Shown: positions 11,581-24,320 of the stretch, piece by piece
Layout of the letters: each line of letters opens with the position of its first letter
Position numbering within the stretch: the first letter of the stretch is position 1
Source of the DNA: Octopus bimaculoides
Taxonomy: Eukaryota
Length of the DNA stretch: 53,569 bases
Assembly: GCF_001194135.2 (NCBI RefSeq)
Contig: NC_068984.1
Coordinates: forward strand, 83,047,213-83,100,781
Reading direction: 5' to 3'
Notes under the pieces: generated by a model
The model's input: only the letters and a program-made list of their open reading frames with translations
What the model was told of the DNA's origin: nothing
Database searches by the model: none
Program-made: the position numbers and the translations under genes

Positions 11581-12339
11581 ATTCGAGGGGTGAATAATTC
11601 AATATTATTCGTTGATTTTGTGTTGCAGTAAAACTCTAGTATCCGCTTTGAGTCCTGCACATTTCAGCTGGTGTTGCGAATTTTCTTTGTCTCCTTGTAT
11701 GTTGTTCAGTCTTTTTCAAGGTTGTAGTCTTGCTAATGTTTTATCGAAGCTTTCTGTAACCTCATTTATAATTTATATATTAGTCTTTTTCCAAAGTCTG
11801 TTGTTGATTCTCGTTTTTCCTTCATAGTTATCTTTCATTTCAGCTTCTTGTTTTGTATTAGCTTCCTTGAAGATGGATAACAGATTTTATTTTGTTAGTG
11901 TTTTGTAGCTACTTGTATTAGTTTTCTACAAATACAAATATATTATAAAGCTTTACAGCTGTATAACATCCCTATTTCTTCGGGATCTTTTTTATTTGGT
12001 TTAATTCTTTCATCTCTTCATCTGGCATGATAGTGGTATTCTAATTAATTTCCATCGCTGAAATATCTCTTAAAAATATTTTAATGCGAATCTCATCAAA
12101 ATTTCTCTGGTAAATCCACACAATCTTTGGATGTTTATGATCTGCAGTGTACAACATTGACCCAAGAGAAGAGCTAGTGTTTGTAACTCTCGAATTACAT
12201 CCAGGTTTAGACTATCAGAATCATAATTTCAACTTTGAAAAATTTCTTTTCTTAAATCTTCCTTATATTCCTCTTTATTTATATTTTTATTTGTGCTCTT
12301 CTGGTTCGGTTTGTGTTGGTCATTATTAAGTAACTGTCT

Positions 12340-12495
12340 TTCTGAGTACAAATTCCTCCGAGATCGACTTTACCTTTCATCCTTTCGGGGTCGATAAATT
12401 AAGTACTTGTGAAAACTGGGGTGGGGGTCGATGTAATCGACTAGTCCCCTCCCCCGTAATTTCAAACTTTGTACCTATAGCAGGAAGGATCATTA
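12340..12495 (+). mobile_element. SINE family A, 5'-truncated
   Basis: TTCTGAGTACAAATTCC...CCTTTCATCCTTTCGGGGTCGATAAATTAAGTAC...GTCGATGTAATCGACTAGTCCC. Confidence 0.85.
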
Positions 12496-14920
12496 AGTAA
12501 CTGTTCTAGGATTTGGATTTGACTGACGGTCAAAAATTGAAATCCGACAATATTGTCTAGCTGAGACACATTAGCCCGTCTCATTCTAAAGATGCAGCAA
12601 CATACGCCAATGTCACTTCGTCCAGAGCAAAATACTATGAAAGTTAGAAATCTGATTATAGATTTTGGAACTTTGCTGATCAAAAACATTTTAAGGAACT
12701 CATATAAATCTGCTGAACTAGAATGCAGTCATATTTTTCAGTACAATACAAACACATATGTTATATTAAAAATATGTTTGTATTCTAGTTTTATGCAATA
12801 TTTCTCGAATTTTTCTCTCTAATTTGAGAAAACCCTCTTGTGATTAACTGAAATGTTTTAATAATCTACTACGTAATTAAGCGGATTCGCCTGTACATAT
12901 ACACATATGCACAAGCTCAGCTCTTTCACACACACATGTGTGTGTTTAGGTGTGGTTTTGTGTGTGTATATACAAACGTTTCTGTTTAATAGCATTTTGG
13001 GTAATTACATAATTCGGTTAACTGCATGAGAATAGTTTGGATCTGGATTTTAAAAAAGTGGCGAAAATATAGCATAGAACTGAATATTTATTTGATTTGA
13101 TAGGAACGATGCGATTCTGAAAGCTTCTGTTTCCATCTTGAGTTAAAATAACTGAAGCCAATACTTTGTGTTCACATACCGAAACAGTCAAATGTATTCT
13201 AGTTATTCTAACCATGTCAATGATTTAATGCTTTTATATTTTTAGATCCTATGTGTTCCGGACTAACTGTAACTGTTTGTGTGTCTCGTTATTATACCGA
13301 AGAAGTACATTCCACCTATGTTAAATTATGTGTTCCCATATGTCTCGCACTTCGGGTGATTCATATGTTCATGAGTCTTCTGGGCCTGACTCTACAGAAT
13401 TCATAGTATCTACCTTATGGTAGCACTTAGTGCAAGCATTTTCATCTTATGTAATATTATATGTAATATAATACATGTATATTCAAGTATGTAACACTTC
13501 AATAATTCACCATCGTTTTTAGCATAACGTTTGTAAAAAGGTAATTTAAAGTAAGTGTTGGATAGATATTATTTTGCTGTTTTTATTATTGACATCATTT
13601 TCCTGAGATTGACTCAAAGAAATTTTCTTTAATTCACATCATCACAGATGTTGGCGTTGAGTAATTCAGAGTGTGTAAGTCATCTTTAGGGTGTATGAAT
13701 TGAGTTAAACTTCGATAACTGAAGAACATATAACAAAAATAGTTTGAAATGGGTAGACAATAAGTAAGTTGTGTATACAAAACATCAAGTAAAGCATATT
13801 TTATTCTTACTTTATATGATTAAAACGTGTAACGTAGCTACAGTACCTTACAACTGATATTATATTGAGTTCTAATTTATCGCCTACTATCCAATTTCAA
13901 TCAGTTACATACTATTGCAAAGACTAATTAATTGTATAAGAATTTCAGTCGTCGAAGCTATGCAATTTCACACCCTCATAGTAATGTGAAATTTTAGGTG
14001 TGAAGGCGTGAAAAAGGAATCTCGTTTAAATATATATATAAATCCATGTGTGTGTGTATTAATATATATACATATACATGAACATATATCTGTATGCATG
14101 TATGTATGTCTACATAGATATACATATATATGTATATGTATATGAAAACTAAATAATATGTTCCAAATATATAACACTATTTCCTATTTATATACTATCG
14201 TTGATGTAATGATAGTGCTCAATATTTTGAGAAAGGATTTTGTATTTTAACCCACTCCCCAAATTGGTTCTGGAATAACAGAGATCAGGGATCGAAAGCG
14301 TTCGAGACATGATTAACTTGTACTTTTTTTTTTTTCTCAAAATAGTCTAAGTTTACTTTATCCAATTTTTAAAAATGATAGAGTGTAGTTTGATGAAGAT
14401 TTGTCTGCTATTACAAGCAAGTTGAGTGACAAGGTAGAAACTCCTTGGCTGGCTTGTAATTCTGGAAATAATTGCCAGGGAGAGATAGCTACTTGATATA
14501 GCAAGTATTGAGCTTGAGGCTTCACATAAAATCAAAATATAGACAGTAATGAGAAAGAGATATTTTCTATCGGGACTCAAGCAGCTCTTTCTGCTAATCA
14601 TGTTATTGACATTTACTAGTTGAGGTATATGCATGATTATGAATTGAATCTGTTTATATACCAGGAGTATATATTCTGGGTAAAGTAGATGAGTTTGTAC
14701 ACATGCCAAAGATGGAAAAAATTCATATACAATTATTCAATTCCTGTAGTATCATGATATTATTTTATCGTAAAGTGTTTTCAAATTTGATAACATACAC
14801 TCAGAGACAAAGCTAAGTCTGTTATGTTTATTGTTATGCCTGAGAGTATAACAACAGCTAACATACGCCACTGACACGCATATTATATATGTATAATTTT
14901 ATAATGCATTATTCTTTTAT

Positions 14921-15298
14921 TCTTTTACTAGTTTCAGTCATTTGGCTGCGGCCATGCTGGAGTAACGCTTTGAAGGGATTTAGCCGAGAAGATCGACCTC
15001 AGGGCTTATTTTTTAAGCCTAGAGCTTATTTTATCGGGCTGTTTTGCTGAACCGCTAAGTTACGTGGACGTAAACACACCAACACTGGTTGTCAAGCAGT
15101 GATGGGGGTGGGGACAAACACACACACATGTATATACGACGGGCTTCTTTCAGTTTCCGTCTGCCAAATCTACTCACAAGGCTTTGGTCGACCCGAGGCT
15201 ATAGTAGAAGGCACTTGCCCAAGGTGCCACGCAGTAAGATTGAACCCAGAACCATGTGGTTGGGAAGCAAACTTCTTACCATAGCCACGTCTGCACCT
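14921..15298 (-). mobile_element. SINE family B, near full length
   Basis: Head, CORE-like CCTTGGGCAAGTGCCTT, body and 3' end (...AAACTAGTAAAAGA) are all present. Confidence 0.85.
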
Positions 15299-15924
15299 AT
15301 TAGCGTACATATCTTTACAAATTTGACCTACACACAGGTTTGTCATTAGTTAATCAGGCGAGGAGCCATGCCCTTAATCTTTGAATCATTCCCTCATGAA
15401 ATCAACGAAGTTGATAAACAGCTGTAGGTAAATTTCTCCTGAAATACGTGCAGGAGTAGAAAATTAAATTCACACACATGTGATGTGTCTATGTGTATAA
15501 TCAAAAAGGATAACTTGTTAATATGCTTTTCACAGAGAAAATAATTTAAGGACATGTGCTTCATAATACATGAATGTAAGGTTCAAACACTAAGATTGCA
15601 TGCAATCGATAGAATACTATGCAAACTTTTAAATGTTTGTCGGTATTTCCAATAGAACGCCTTGATAGTGTGCTTATATTGGTGGAACCGGAAATTCATT
15701 TAGGGATAGGAAATCTCTGCAAGAATGTCCTAAATAAGCAAGGTGTTGGTTCTGCTCCTCTCTGCGTGTTGAACATCTGATTTTAATTGCTAATATCCCT
15801 TATTTGTAGTACCTCTGAAGTAGCAAATGTTATGGACGGTTTCATTTCCTCTCTCTCTCTCTCTCCCTCTCTCACCCTCTCTATCTCTTTCTCTTCTCTC
15901 TCTCTCTCACATATATTTAGTTGT

Positions 15925-16060
15925 GTGAAGACGCATGGTCTAGTGGTTAGGGTGTTGGGCTCGCAATCACAAGGTCTTGATTTCAATTTTCGGACCCAGC
16001 AGCGCATTATGTCCGTGAACAAAGTACATCACTTCTCATTGCTTCAATCCACTCAGCTGA
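15925..16060 (+). mobile_element. Decayed tRNA-derived SINE (family D)
   Basis: GTGAAGACGCATGGTCTAGTGGTTAGGGTG (A box)...GATTTCAATTTTC (worn B box), then a weakly CORE-like body. Confidence 0.55.
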
Positions 16061-16587
16061 AATGTGCTCCACAACAACAAAGGTAATATGTTATAGAGTG
16101 TTTGTGTCTAGTCATAACTACATGGACACCTAAAGCAATTAATCAAAATATGGTACTTGTTAGTACGTAGTTCTCGCTTGCAAGTATTGTTGTGGTTCGT
16201 TATGAACTAAGTTGTTGTGGTTGGTTATGTCTCTGAACTAAGAAAAATCTGAAGTCGTCCACTTCTGTAACCAGGATAGGATAAACAATTAAATGTTATT
16301 CCTTCTGTAAAAATTTTTACGGTGTCTATGAATCATTGTGGCCAAGCATTTCTAATTAAAAAGAAAAACAAGTTATTTACAATAAAGTAAACTTTGCATG
16401 CAGGATATGCCTTTGGATCCTTAGAATTTACCCCTCAAATCACGATCCAACAATTCTCTAATTTTGTCCGGTTGCATTTGGAGCCATAAAAATCTTGTAG
16501 CCCACTAGATGCCATACGAACTGAGCCACCACTGATGAAACTATTTCGAAAATATTCAACACAGCAAGACACATTGCTACGACCAAC

Positions 16588-16608
16588 TCACACACACACA
16601 CACACACG

Positions 16609-16657
<49 letters not shown>

Positions 16658-16757
16658 NNNNNNNNNNNNNNNNNNNNNNNNNNNNNNNNNNNNNNNNNNN
16701 NNNNNNNNNNNNNNNNNNNNNNNNNNNNNNNNTATGTATATTTATATCTATCCATCC

Positions 16758-16833
<76 letters not shown>

Positions 16834-16850
16834 GTCTATCTATTTATCTA
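16588..16850. repeat. (CA)n, gap, then (TATC)n microsatellites
   Basis: Direct reading. Confidence 0.95.
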
Positions 16851-16990
16851 TATATAAATATATATATATATATATATTTATATATACAATTCAAACATGA
16901 ACAAGCAAGAAAAAACACGAAAAAACAACGCGAGGACGTGGAATAAGTACAGTGTTATTGGACGCTCAGGAAAGAAAGAAAAGAAAGAGG

Positions 16991-17025
16991 ATTTAACGTT
17001 TCGAGCGGAGCTCTTCATCAGAAAT
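16991..17025 (-). ncRNA. Minimal type I hammerhead ribozyme motif
   Basis: Minus: ATTT-CTGATGA-A-GAGC-TCC-GCTC-GAA-ACGT-T-AAAT. Canonical core, stem I ATTT/AAAT, loopless palindromic stem III (ACGT), GUU triplet. Confidence 0.75.
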
Positions 17026-17469
17026 ATAAGAAAAGTCGAAAGAAGGGAAGACAAAGAAAGAAAATCGCCAACGATGCACACGCGGTCACGTATATATTCA
17101 TATATATATATATAGTGAAGAATGGAAAGTTCTGTATACACAAACCCTACTCAATAAAGAGACATATTTCATCCAAAAATACAAACCTGAACTAAACACC
17201 AATTAATTCTAATTGTATTACTAATTGTGACTTAATTGCTTGACTCCTGGACACCCATTCATATTCAAACCTGAGTCATGAGAGGTCCGACATGACTCTT
17301 ATGGAGAAAATATTCATATCTTGGCAACTGCTTTATCGTTCATTTTCATTTTCTATTGGTCTGATTCATTTTATTCAATTATGGATTTTCAACATATACA
17401 AAAAAGTTATATATGTAGGCCAATCACAATTTTTAGGTATAAATTACTGTTCATACTTATGTATGTATG

Positions 17470-18050
17470 TGTGTGTGTATATATATGCACACACGCACAT
17501 ACTCACAGGTACGCACATATACGCCTACACAAACCCGACACACAACCCCCCCCCCCCCACACACACACACAACCGACGCACACACGCATACACAAATTCA
17601 CATACACACACATAATATACATACACACACAATATATACATACACGCATACACACACATACACATATAGACACATGCACACACACGCACACTCACACATG
17701 CGCACACACGCACACGAATGCACACATACCTAACACTCAAAACCCCACGTATACATGTATACACAACCGGATACGCACATACGCACACGCATACACACGC
17801 ACATGCAAATGAACCCACACATACCTCCCATACACACATAGCACACAGTCATACATGCATGCACACAATATACATACATATACACACTCACACGCACATA
17901 CAAGCACACACACACACACAGTAAAGTACAATTACTCCACATACACAACTTCACGCGTACACACATACCCTCACGTACACACACATACATACACACATGC
18001 ATATTGCAAACAAAACACACACACACTACATATACATATACATATACGCA
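17470..18050. repeat. Cryptic (CA/TA)-rich low-complexity tract
   Basis: Direct reading; it explains the many His/Thr and Cys/Val pseudo-ORFs. Confidence 0.9.
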
Positions 18051-18489
18051 CACACAATACTTCAAACTGCTAGGCCATGCGCCTTACACACACACACACA
18101 TATAAAATGTAACTTTGAAGAAAACGCTTAGCCTTGTGTTCTTTTGTTTACAAAGCTTTACGAACGACGCATGCAAAGATGGCTGCTTCAAGCTTACGCT
18201 TTTGATTTCTTTTCTGGTTCTCGCTGAAGAATTATAAACATCTTAAACTCCATAGAAGCGAAGTCATGAAATTGATTGCTGTTTAAGCAATGTTCTAAAG
18301 TAATGCTTTTAAGTTATGTTTTCAAAAACAATAAGTGTGTATGTGGGTGTTCATTTTGCATGCGCCTGTGCAGATGCATAGATGTAAACATACACGCACT
18401 CATACACACACAAATATACACTGAATTATTTATACATGTATATATATACACATACGCGCACATAGACACCCACCCACATATATTAAAAT

Positions 18490-18845
18490 CGAGGATTCCA
18501 GTTGATCCGATCAACGGAACAGCCTGCTCGTGAAATTAACGTGCAAGTGGCTGAGCACTCCACAGACACGTGTACCCTTAACGCAGTTCTCGGGGATATT
18601 CAGCGTGACACAGTGTGACAAGGCTGACCCTTTGAATTACAGGCACAACAGAAACAGGAAGTAAGAGTGAGAGAAAGTTGTAGTGGAAGAGTACAGCAGG
18701 GTTCTCTACGACCCCCTGCCGGAGCCTCGTGGAGCTTTAGGTGTTTTCGCTCAATAAACACTCACAATGCCCGGTCTGGGAATCGAAACCGCGATCCTAT
18801 GACCGCGAATCCGCTGCCCTAACCACTGGGCCATTGCGTCTCCAC
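18490..18845 (-). mobile_element. tRNA-derived SINE family C, 3' tail missing
   Basis: Minus: GTGGAGACGCAATGGCCCAGTGGTTAGGGCAGCGG...GGTTTCGATTCCC; near-identical to 44236-44617. Confidence 0.9.
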
Positions 18846-19422
18846 TGTATACATATACACATACGTATATATACACATACGTCCACTTAGACACCCACCC
18901 ACATATATTAAAATATATATCAATAAAACGTATTAATTAAACATTTCGAAATCAACGTTTGTGTTCATATTTGTGATGTGTGTATGAAATACAATTTCAA
19001 GCGTAAAACAGCTTCACAAAATTTTATGTCTCTTTTATCTTTTGTCTTCATTATAAGTTTTAACTATTAATTATTTTATCTTTAATTGTTAAATTCAATC
19101 CTTATACAACGTCTTCATCTTTATTTATGTATATTTTAGATCATCACTATTACTGGCCCTTAACAGTGCTTTTTATATATATACATAAAATATATACGTA
19201 GGTGTCCGTGTAGGTACGTGTGTGTCGATATGTACACATATATGTATATGTATGTGCTTTTCAAGTGCTGGTAATAATTTCGAAAAGTAGTTACTATACT
19301 GAGAAGTAATGTTTATTGCCACATCAAAATGGTTGTCGCAAGATCAGTGACTGATTGTCGCTTGGTTTTCTATTTATTGCGAGCTGGAGCGAATTTCTGC
19401 TATCTCAATGGACCGGATTTTC

Positions 19423-19467
19423 ATCACTGACGATGGGCATAAATAGCCCCAAACCGTTCGGTCTGGT
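19423..19467 (+). ncRNA. Type I hammerhead motif with one core substitution (G12 to C)
   Basis: ATCA-CTGACGA-T-GGGC-ATAAATA-GCCC-CAA-ACCG-TT-CGGT-C-TGGT; stems I-III pair and the triplet is GUC. Confidence 0.6.
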
Positions 19468-20307
19468 GATCCCGTCGTCTGCTAGAAGATGGTAAGGTTC
19501 GCCCTCTCGCTTGCAATATATACCGGGTGCAGATTGTATCGATAATCAGCCGGAGGAGGCTCTTCCTGGGGTTAAAAAACAGTAGTAACGTCGAACAACC
19601 ATATTGACGTGGCGATAAACATTACTTCTGATATTATAAGTATATTATCATTATTTAGAGATAACAAAAATACGAATTAATGAAGAGAAGTTTCAGAAAA
19701 TAGAGAGGCGTTATTTCTAATGCGTATTCTTATAAAAAGTTACTAGGACACCTAAACTATATATAACAATTTCGTGTTACAGAATAAGTTAACTGAAGTT
19801 GCTGAATATCTAAGTTTGGTTAACTAACGGAAGACATGTGGACTAAGAGAACAACTTTTATAAATTCGGACATGTAAATATCGGATATGTAAAAACATAA
19901 ACAGAAAGAAAGATGAAGAAATTTAAGAAAAATGAAGGACGAAAAGTGTCTTGTACGGAAATGTGTTTAGAGACATTGTCACAATACAACTCCTTAACAG
20001 ACAATTCGAATGCATTGAACGTACAAACTTTGAAAAGTTTTCAACCTTTTATTTACCCGAACAGGAAAAGTCATACAGAACTTATACAACCCAAAACTCA
20101 GTCAAAACATTTGAACACGTGCGAAAACTTTCTTTTTTACATTAGCTACCATCTATTCAGCTAACACTCGTAAAGTAATCTTCTTTACTTTAGCTCCAAT
20201 TTACTCACTTAACCAATCGCTAGTTATATAGCCATTCCTTTTGATTTATCAGTGGCTAGTATATAAAATGAAACCAATTAAGGTGAAAATTATATGTATA
20301 ATTATAA

Positions 20308-20521
20308 TAAGGGGTTAGAAATTTTTTCTAGCCTATATGCTGAGAAATAGACGCTAAAACCTCTCACCACTCAAAGAAGTAGCCGAAATTGAAAGTCATA
20401 AATGTGCTTTAGCCTGAGAAAACGTCGAATTCAACACGTGTGTTTGTGACTTCTTTGAGTGGTGAGATGATTTAGCATCTATTTCCCAGCGTAAAAGCTA
20501 GAACATTTTTCTAAGCCCTTA
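20308..20521. mobile_element. MITE with 73-bp terminal inverted repeats, TA-flanked (Tc1/mariner-like)
   Basis: 20308-20380 aligns with the reverse complement of 20449-20521 (TAAGGG(G/C)TTAGAAA...CTCACCACTCAAAGAAGT). Confidence 0.85.
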
Positions 20522-20530
20522 TATATATAT

Positions 20531-21386
20531 AAGGACAATAGACTGAAACATGAAAATTAGTAATAATAATAATAATAATANNNNNNNNNNNNNNNNNNNN
20601 NNNNNNNNNNNNNNNNNNNNNNNNNNNNNNNNNNNNNNNNNNNNNNNNNNNNNNNNNNNNNNNNNNNNNNNNNNNNNNNNNNNNNNNNNNNNNNNNNNNN
20701 NNNNNNNNNNNNNNNNNNNNNNNNNNNNNNNNNNNNNNNNNNNNNNNNNNNNNNNNNNNNNNNNNNNNNNNNNNNNNNNNNNNNNNNNNNNNNNNNNNNN
20801 NNNNNNNNNNNNNNNNNNNNNNNNNNNNNNNNNNNNNNNNNNNNNNNNNNNNNNNNNNNNNNNNNNNNNNNNNNNNNNNNNNNNNNNNNNNNNNNNNNNN
20901 NNNNNNNNNNNNNNNNNNNNNNNNNNNNNNNNNNNNNNNNNNNNNNNNNNNNNNNNNNNNNNNNNNNNNNNNNNNNNNNNNNNNNNNNNNNNNNNNNNNN
21001 NNNNNNNNNNNNNNNNNNNNNNNNNNNNNNNNNNNNNNNNNNNNNNNNNNNNNNNNNNNNNNNNNNNNNNNNNNNNNNNNNNNNNNNNNNNNNNNNNNNN
21101 NNNNNNNNNNNNNNNNNNNNNNNNNNNNNNNNNNNNNNNNNNNNNNNNNNNNNNNNNNNNNNNNNNNNNNNNNNNNNNNNNNNNNNNNNNNNNNNNNNNN
21201 NNNNNNNNNNNNNNNNNNNNNNNNNNNNNNNNNNNNNNNNNNNNNNNNNNNNNNNNNNNNNNNNNNNNNNNNNNNNNNNNNNNNNNNNNNNNNNNNNNNN
21301 NNNNNNNNNNNNNNNNNNNNNNNNNNNNNNNNNNNNNCACACACACACACACACCCGCACATACACACACGCACACACACACACTT

Positions 21387-21426
<40 letters not shown>

Positions 21427-21456
21427 TAATTTTCATGTTTCAGTCTATTTGTCCTT
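20531..21456. repeat. Inverted repeat flanking the 20581-21337 gap
   Basis: AAGGACAATAGACTGAAACATGAAAATTAG(TAA)n on the left; its reverse complement (one indel) at 21389-21456. Confidence 0.85.
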
Positions 21457-22317
21457 TGTTTAGACTTCGACCTTACGTATACCTTACTTATAGATCGTAT
21501 TACATATTCCCTTCACCTTCACATACCCCACTTTTGATAACATTGCGTTACACATGTGCTTACTCACGACCTTGTTTACCTATTCAATAGCATTAATGTT
21601 CTTCCCTTCAATTTTGTTTTATTCTATTTAACTCTACCCTATAATTTTCCACCCACCTGACTATCCACTCCTTTCTTGTACTTACTCATCTTTCTTCCTA
21701 CTATTATACGCACATAATATATTCTAATTGTGATGACATAATTAGAAATTGCTAGCGCATGAGTATCACTCTTTATCTAACCTTTTACTTAGCACTAAAC
21801 TTCCTAAACATCCAATTCCTACTTGTCGTATGCCAAAAGTATAACCAAGAAACTCTAGTCTTTCTGAACGTTTATAATGAACTTCTTTATAATTCAATGC
21901 TACAACTAGCAATGAAGTTCATCAATCAGTAATAAATTAACCATTCTGTCAATTAGCCTTAACATTTAATACGTTATAATTCCAATCATAAAACAATTTA
22001 GTTTATCATAACCATTCATTAAATTTCACGCATAAACTTGAGTATATATCTTCATATTCTATTTAATTTCTCCTAAATAAGCACTCTCTTAGCATATCTT
22101 ATTTAGTTATCTGCAGTTTTCAGGACGATTCTGGAACTTATTTATTCGACACATTTAGCCTTAAATTTAAACATGTACAACTTTCCAGTCATTAACTACT
22201 TCATAAATAAGTATTCCTCTAAGTATCTTCAATGCTAATTTAGCAATAAATAAAGCTCTTATTTCTTTATTTCTCGACGCTTCTACCGTTACATTCTAAA
22301 TGTAAGCGAAGTTACTT

Positions 22318-22480
22318 ACTTGGCTTCTTTCAATTGCCGTCTACCAAATCCACTCAGAAGGCTTTATTCGGTCCAAGGCTATAGTAGAGGACACTTGCCC
22401 AAGATATCACGCAGTGGAACTGAACTCGGAACCATGTGGTTGGGAAGCAAACTTCTTACCACACAGTCACGCCTGCGCCT
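22318..22480 (-). mobile_element. SINE family B 5' half
   Basis: Same head and CORE-like segment as 2625-2774. Confidence 0.85.
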
Positions 22481-22589
22481 ATATACATTTATAAATACAA
22501 AGACATGTAAATCTGCCTTCTATGCACCATTACACCCCACATACACATAAACACATACATACATACATACATACATACATACATACATA

Positions 22590-22925
22590 AAACCTGATAT
22601 AACGATTTGGGATAGAGAAGGGAGAATGTGCACAGTTGAGGAAATTAGCTGCCCAGCGGATGTTAACATAAGAAGATCAGTGAAAAGGGGGGCATCTATG
22701 GTGAACTATTGAGAAATCTGTAGTTACTCTATCCAGATTACAAGTTCAGGTTTATACCTGTAATTATTGGAGTCCTGGGACATGTAATACAATGCCTAAA
22801 TACCAATCTTGAGAAATTTGGCTTCTCAAAACCAGAAAGGAGAAAACTGATTCGAAGACTACAGTTCCAATTCATCACTGGTACTGCAAAAATCTGTAAA
22901 ACTTACCAGAAGTTTATCATTTAAG
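22590..22925 (+). mobile_element. RLE-type LINE C-terminus (restriction-like endonuclease)
   Basis: KPDITIWDREGRMCTVEEISCPADVN...YGELLRNL*LLYPDYKFRFIPVIIGVLG...ITGTAKICKTYQKFII*; PD...E motif. Confidence 0.85.
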
Positions 22926-23324
22926 TATATATATGAGTATGTCTAGATATGCAACTATATGCATGAGAATACATACATAAAACATACAAATCTGCACATA
23001 CATGCATACATACCTTGCTGTTGATGAAGTTCCAGTGAAGGAGCCTTGAATCTAGGTTAGAAACTGTTTTTTTTCTATTGGTAAGAAATCTTGAAATAAA
23101 ACTGAACAATGGCGTACATACATACATACATACATACATACACAAACGCATACGTTTCTAATGTTTTCTTTATTTCTTCCTTGCTATTAAGTAGAATGAG
23201 AGAAAACCTAACAAATGTTGTTCAAATGGTGCCGTTTAAATAAGATAGCAGGACAGACTCTCTAAATAGTAGGGATTCGTTAATAATAAGTCAATGGCCA
23301 GCAAAGGACAAAAATGCTTTTAGC

Positions 23325-23340
23325 GTTGTCGTTGTTACTC

Positions 23341-23381
<41 letters not shown>

Positions 23382-24290
23382 ACTGTGGTCGTTGCTACTG
23401 ATTTTGTGGGTGTTTTTAGTTTGTTTCTTATGATTTGTTTCTTGGCTCGGAATTGTTGTTCTTCAATTTTTGTTGATTTAGTTCTTCTTCTGTACCATAC
23501 AAGTTGCAATTGGACAGTCTGTCTACTGTGTTGGCAGTTGCAGTAGTGGTGGTGGTGGTGGTGGTGGTGGTGGTGNNNNNNNNNNNNNNNNNNNNNNNNN
23601 NNNNNNNNNNNNNNNNNNNNNNNNNNNNNNNNNNNNNNNNNNNNNNNNNNNNNNNNNNNNNNNNNNNNNNNNNNNNNNNNNNNNNNNNNNNNNNNNNNNN
23701 NNNNNNNNNNNNNNNNNNNNNNNNNNNNNNNNNNNNNNNNNNNNNNNNNNNNNNNNNNNNNNNNNNNNNNNNNNNNNNNNNNNNNNNNNNNNNNNNNNNN
23801 NNNNNNNNNNNNNNNNNNNNNNNNNNNNNNNNNNNNNNNNNNNNNNNNNNNNNNNNNNNNNNNNNNNNNNNNNNNNNNNNNNNNNNNNNNNNNNNNNNNN
23901 NNNNNNNNNNNNNNNNNNNNNNNNNNNNNNNNNNNNNNNNNNNNNNNNNNNNNNNNNNNNNNNNNNNNNNNNNNNNNNNNNNNNNNNNNNNNNNNNNNGT
24001 GGTGGCGATGGTAGTGGTACTGGTGGTGGTAGTGGTGGTGGTGGTGGTGGTGACGGTGGCGATAGTGCTCGTTGTCGCATGGGGTAGTGATGTATTGTGG
24101 TTGTGAAGAGGTTGGCAGTGAGATGGTGGTGTTTGCAGTGCTGAAGGTGCTGGGGTGGTGGGTATATAGAGGCAGTGGAGATGGTGGTGATGGTGTTGAA
24201 TGTGATGATAAATATTTTGGTGAAGTAGTGAGTATTGAATGGCAGTGACAATGATGGTAATGGTCGTGAGTTTGGTGGTGGGTTGCTGGA
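23325..24290. repeat. (TTG)n and (GGT)n trinucleotide tracts around a gap
   Basis: Direct reading. Confidence 0.9.
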
Positions 24291-24320
24291 CAGGTTTGTT
24301 AACGGTGATAGATTGACTAT

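Noticed and set aside
14353-14709. 118-aa minus-strand ORF with a hydrophobic stretch, suggestive of a receptor exon
   Set aside because: No convincing family motif or splice context.
16400-16590. Possible exon after a (TG)n tract; CTGATGA...GAAA at 16532
   Set aside because: No homology recognised; stems I and II of a hammerhead do not pair.
18770-18845. tRNA gene (also the heads of SINE families A, B and D)
   Set aside because: A and B boxes are present but run into SINE bodies found in multiple copies; no complete cloverleaf.
21660-22310. Very old LINE RT relic (EFLGYTF on the minus strand)
   Set aside because: A single short motif in AT-rich sequence.
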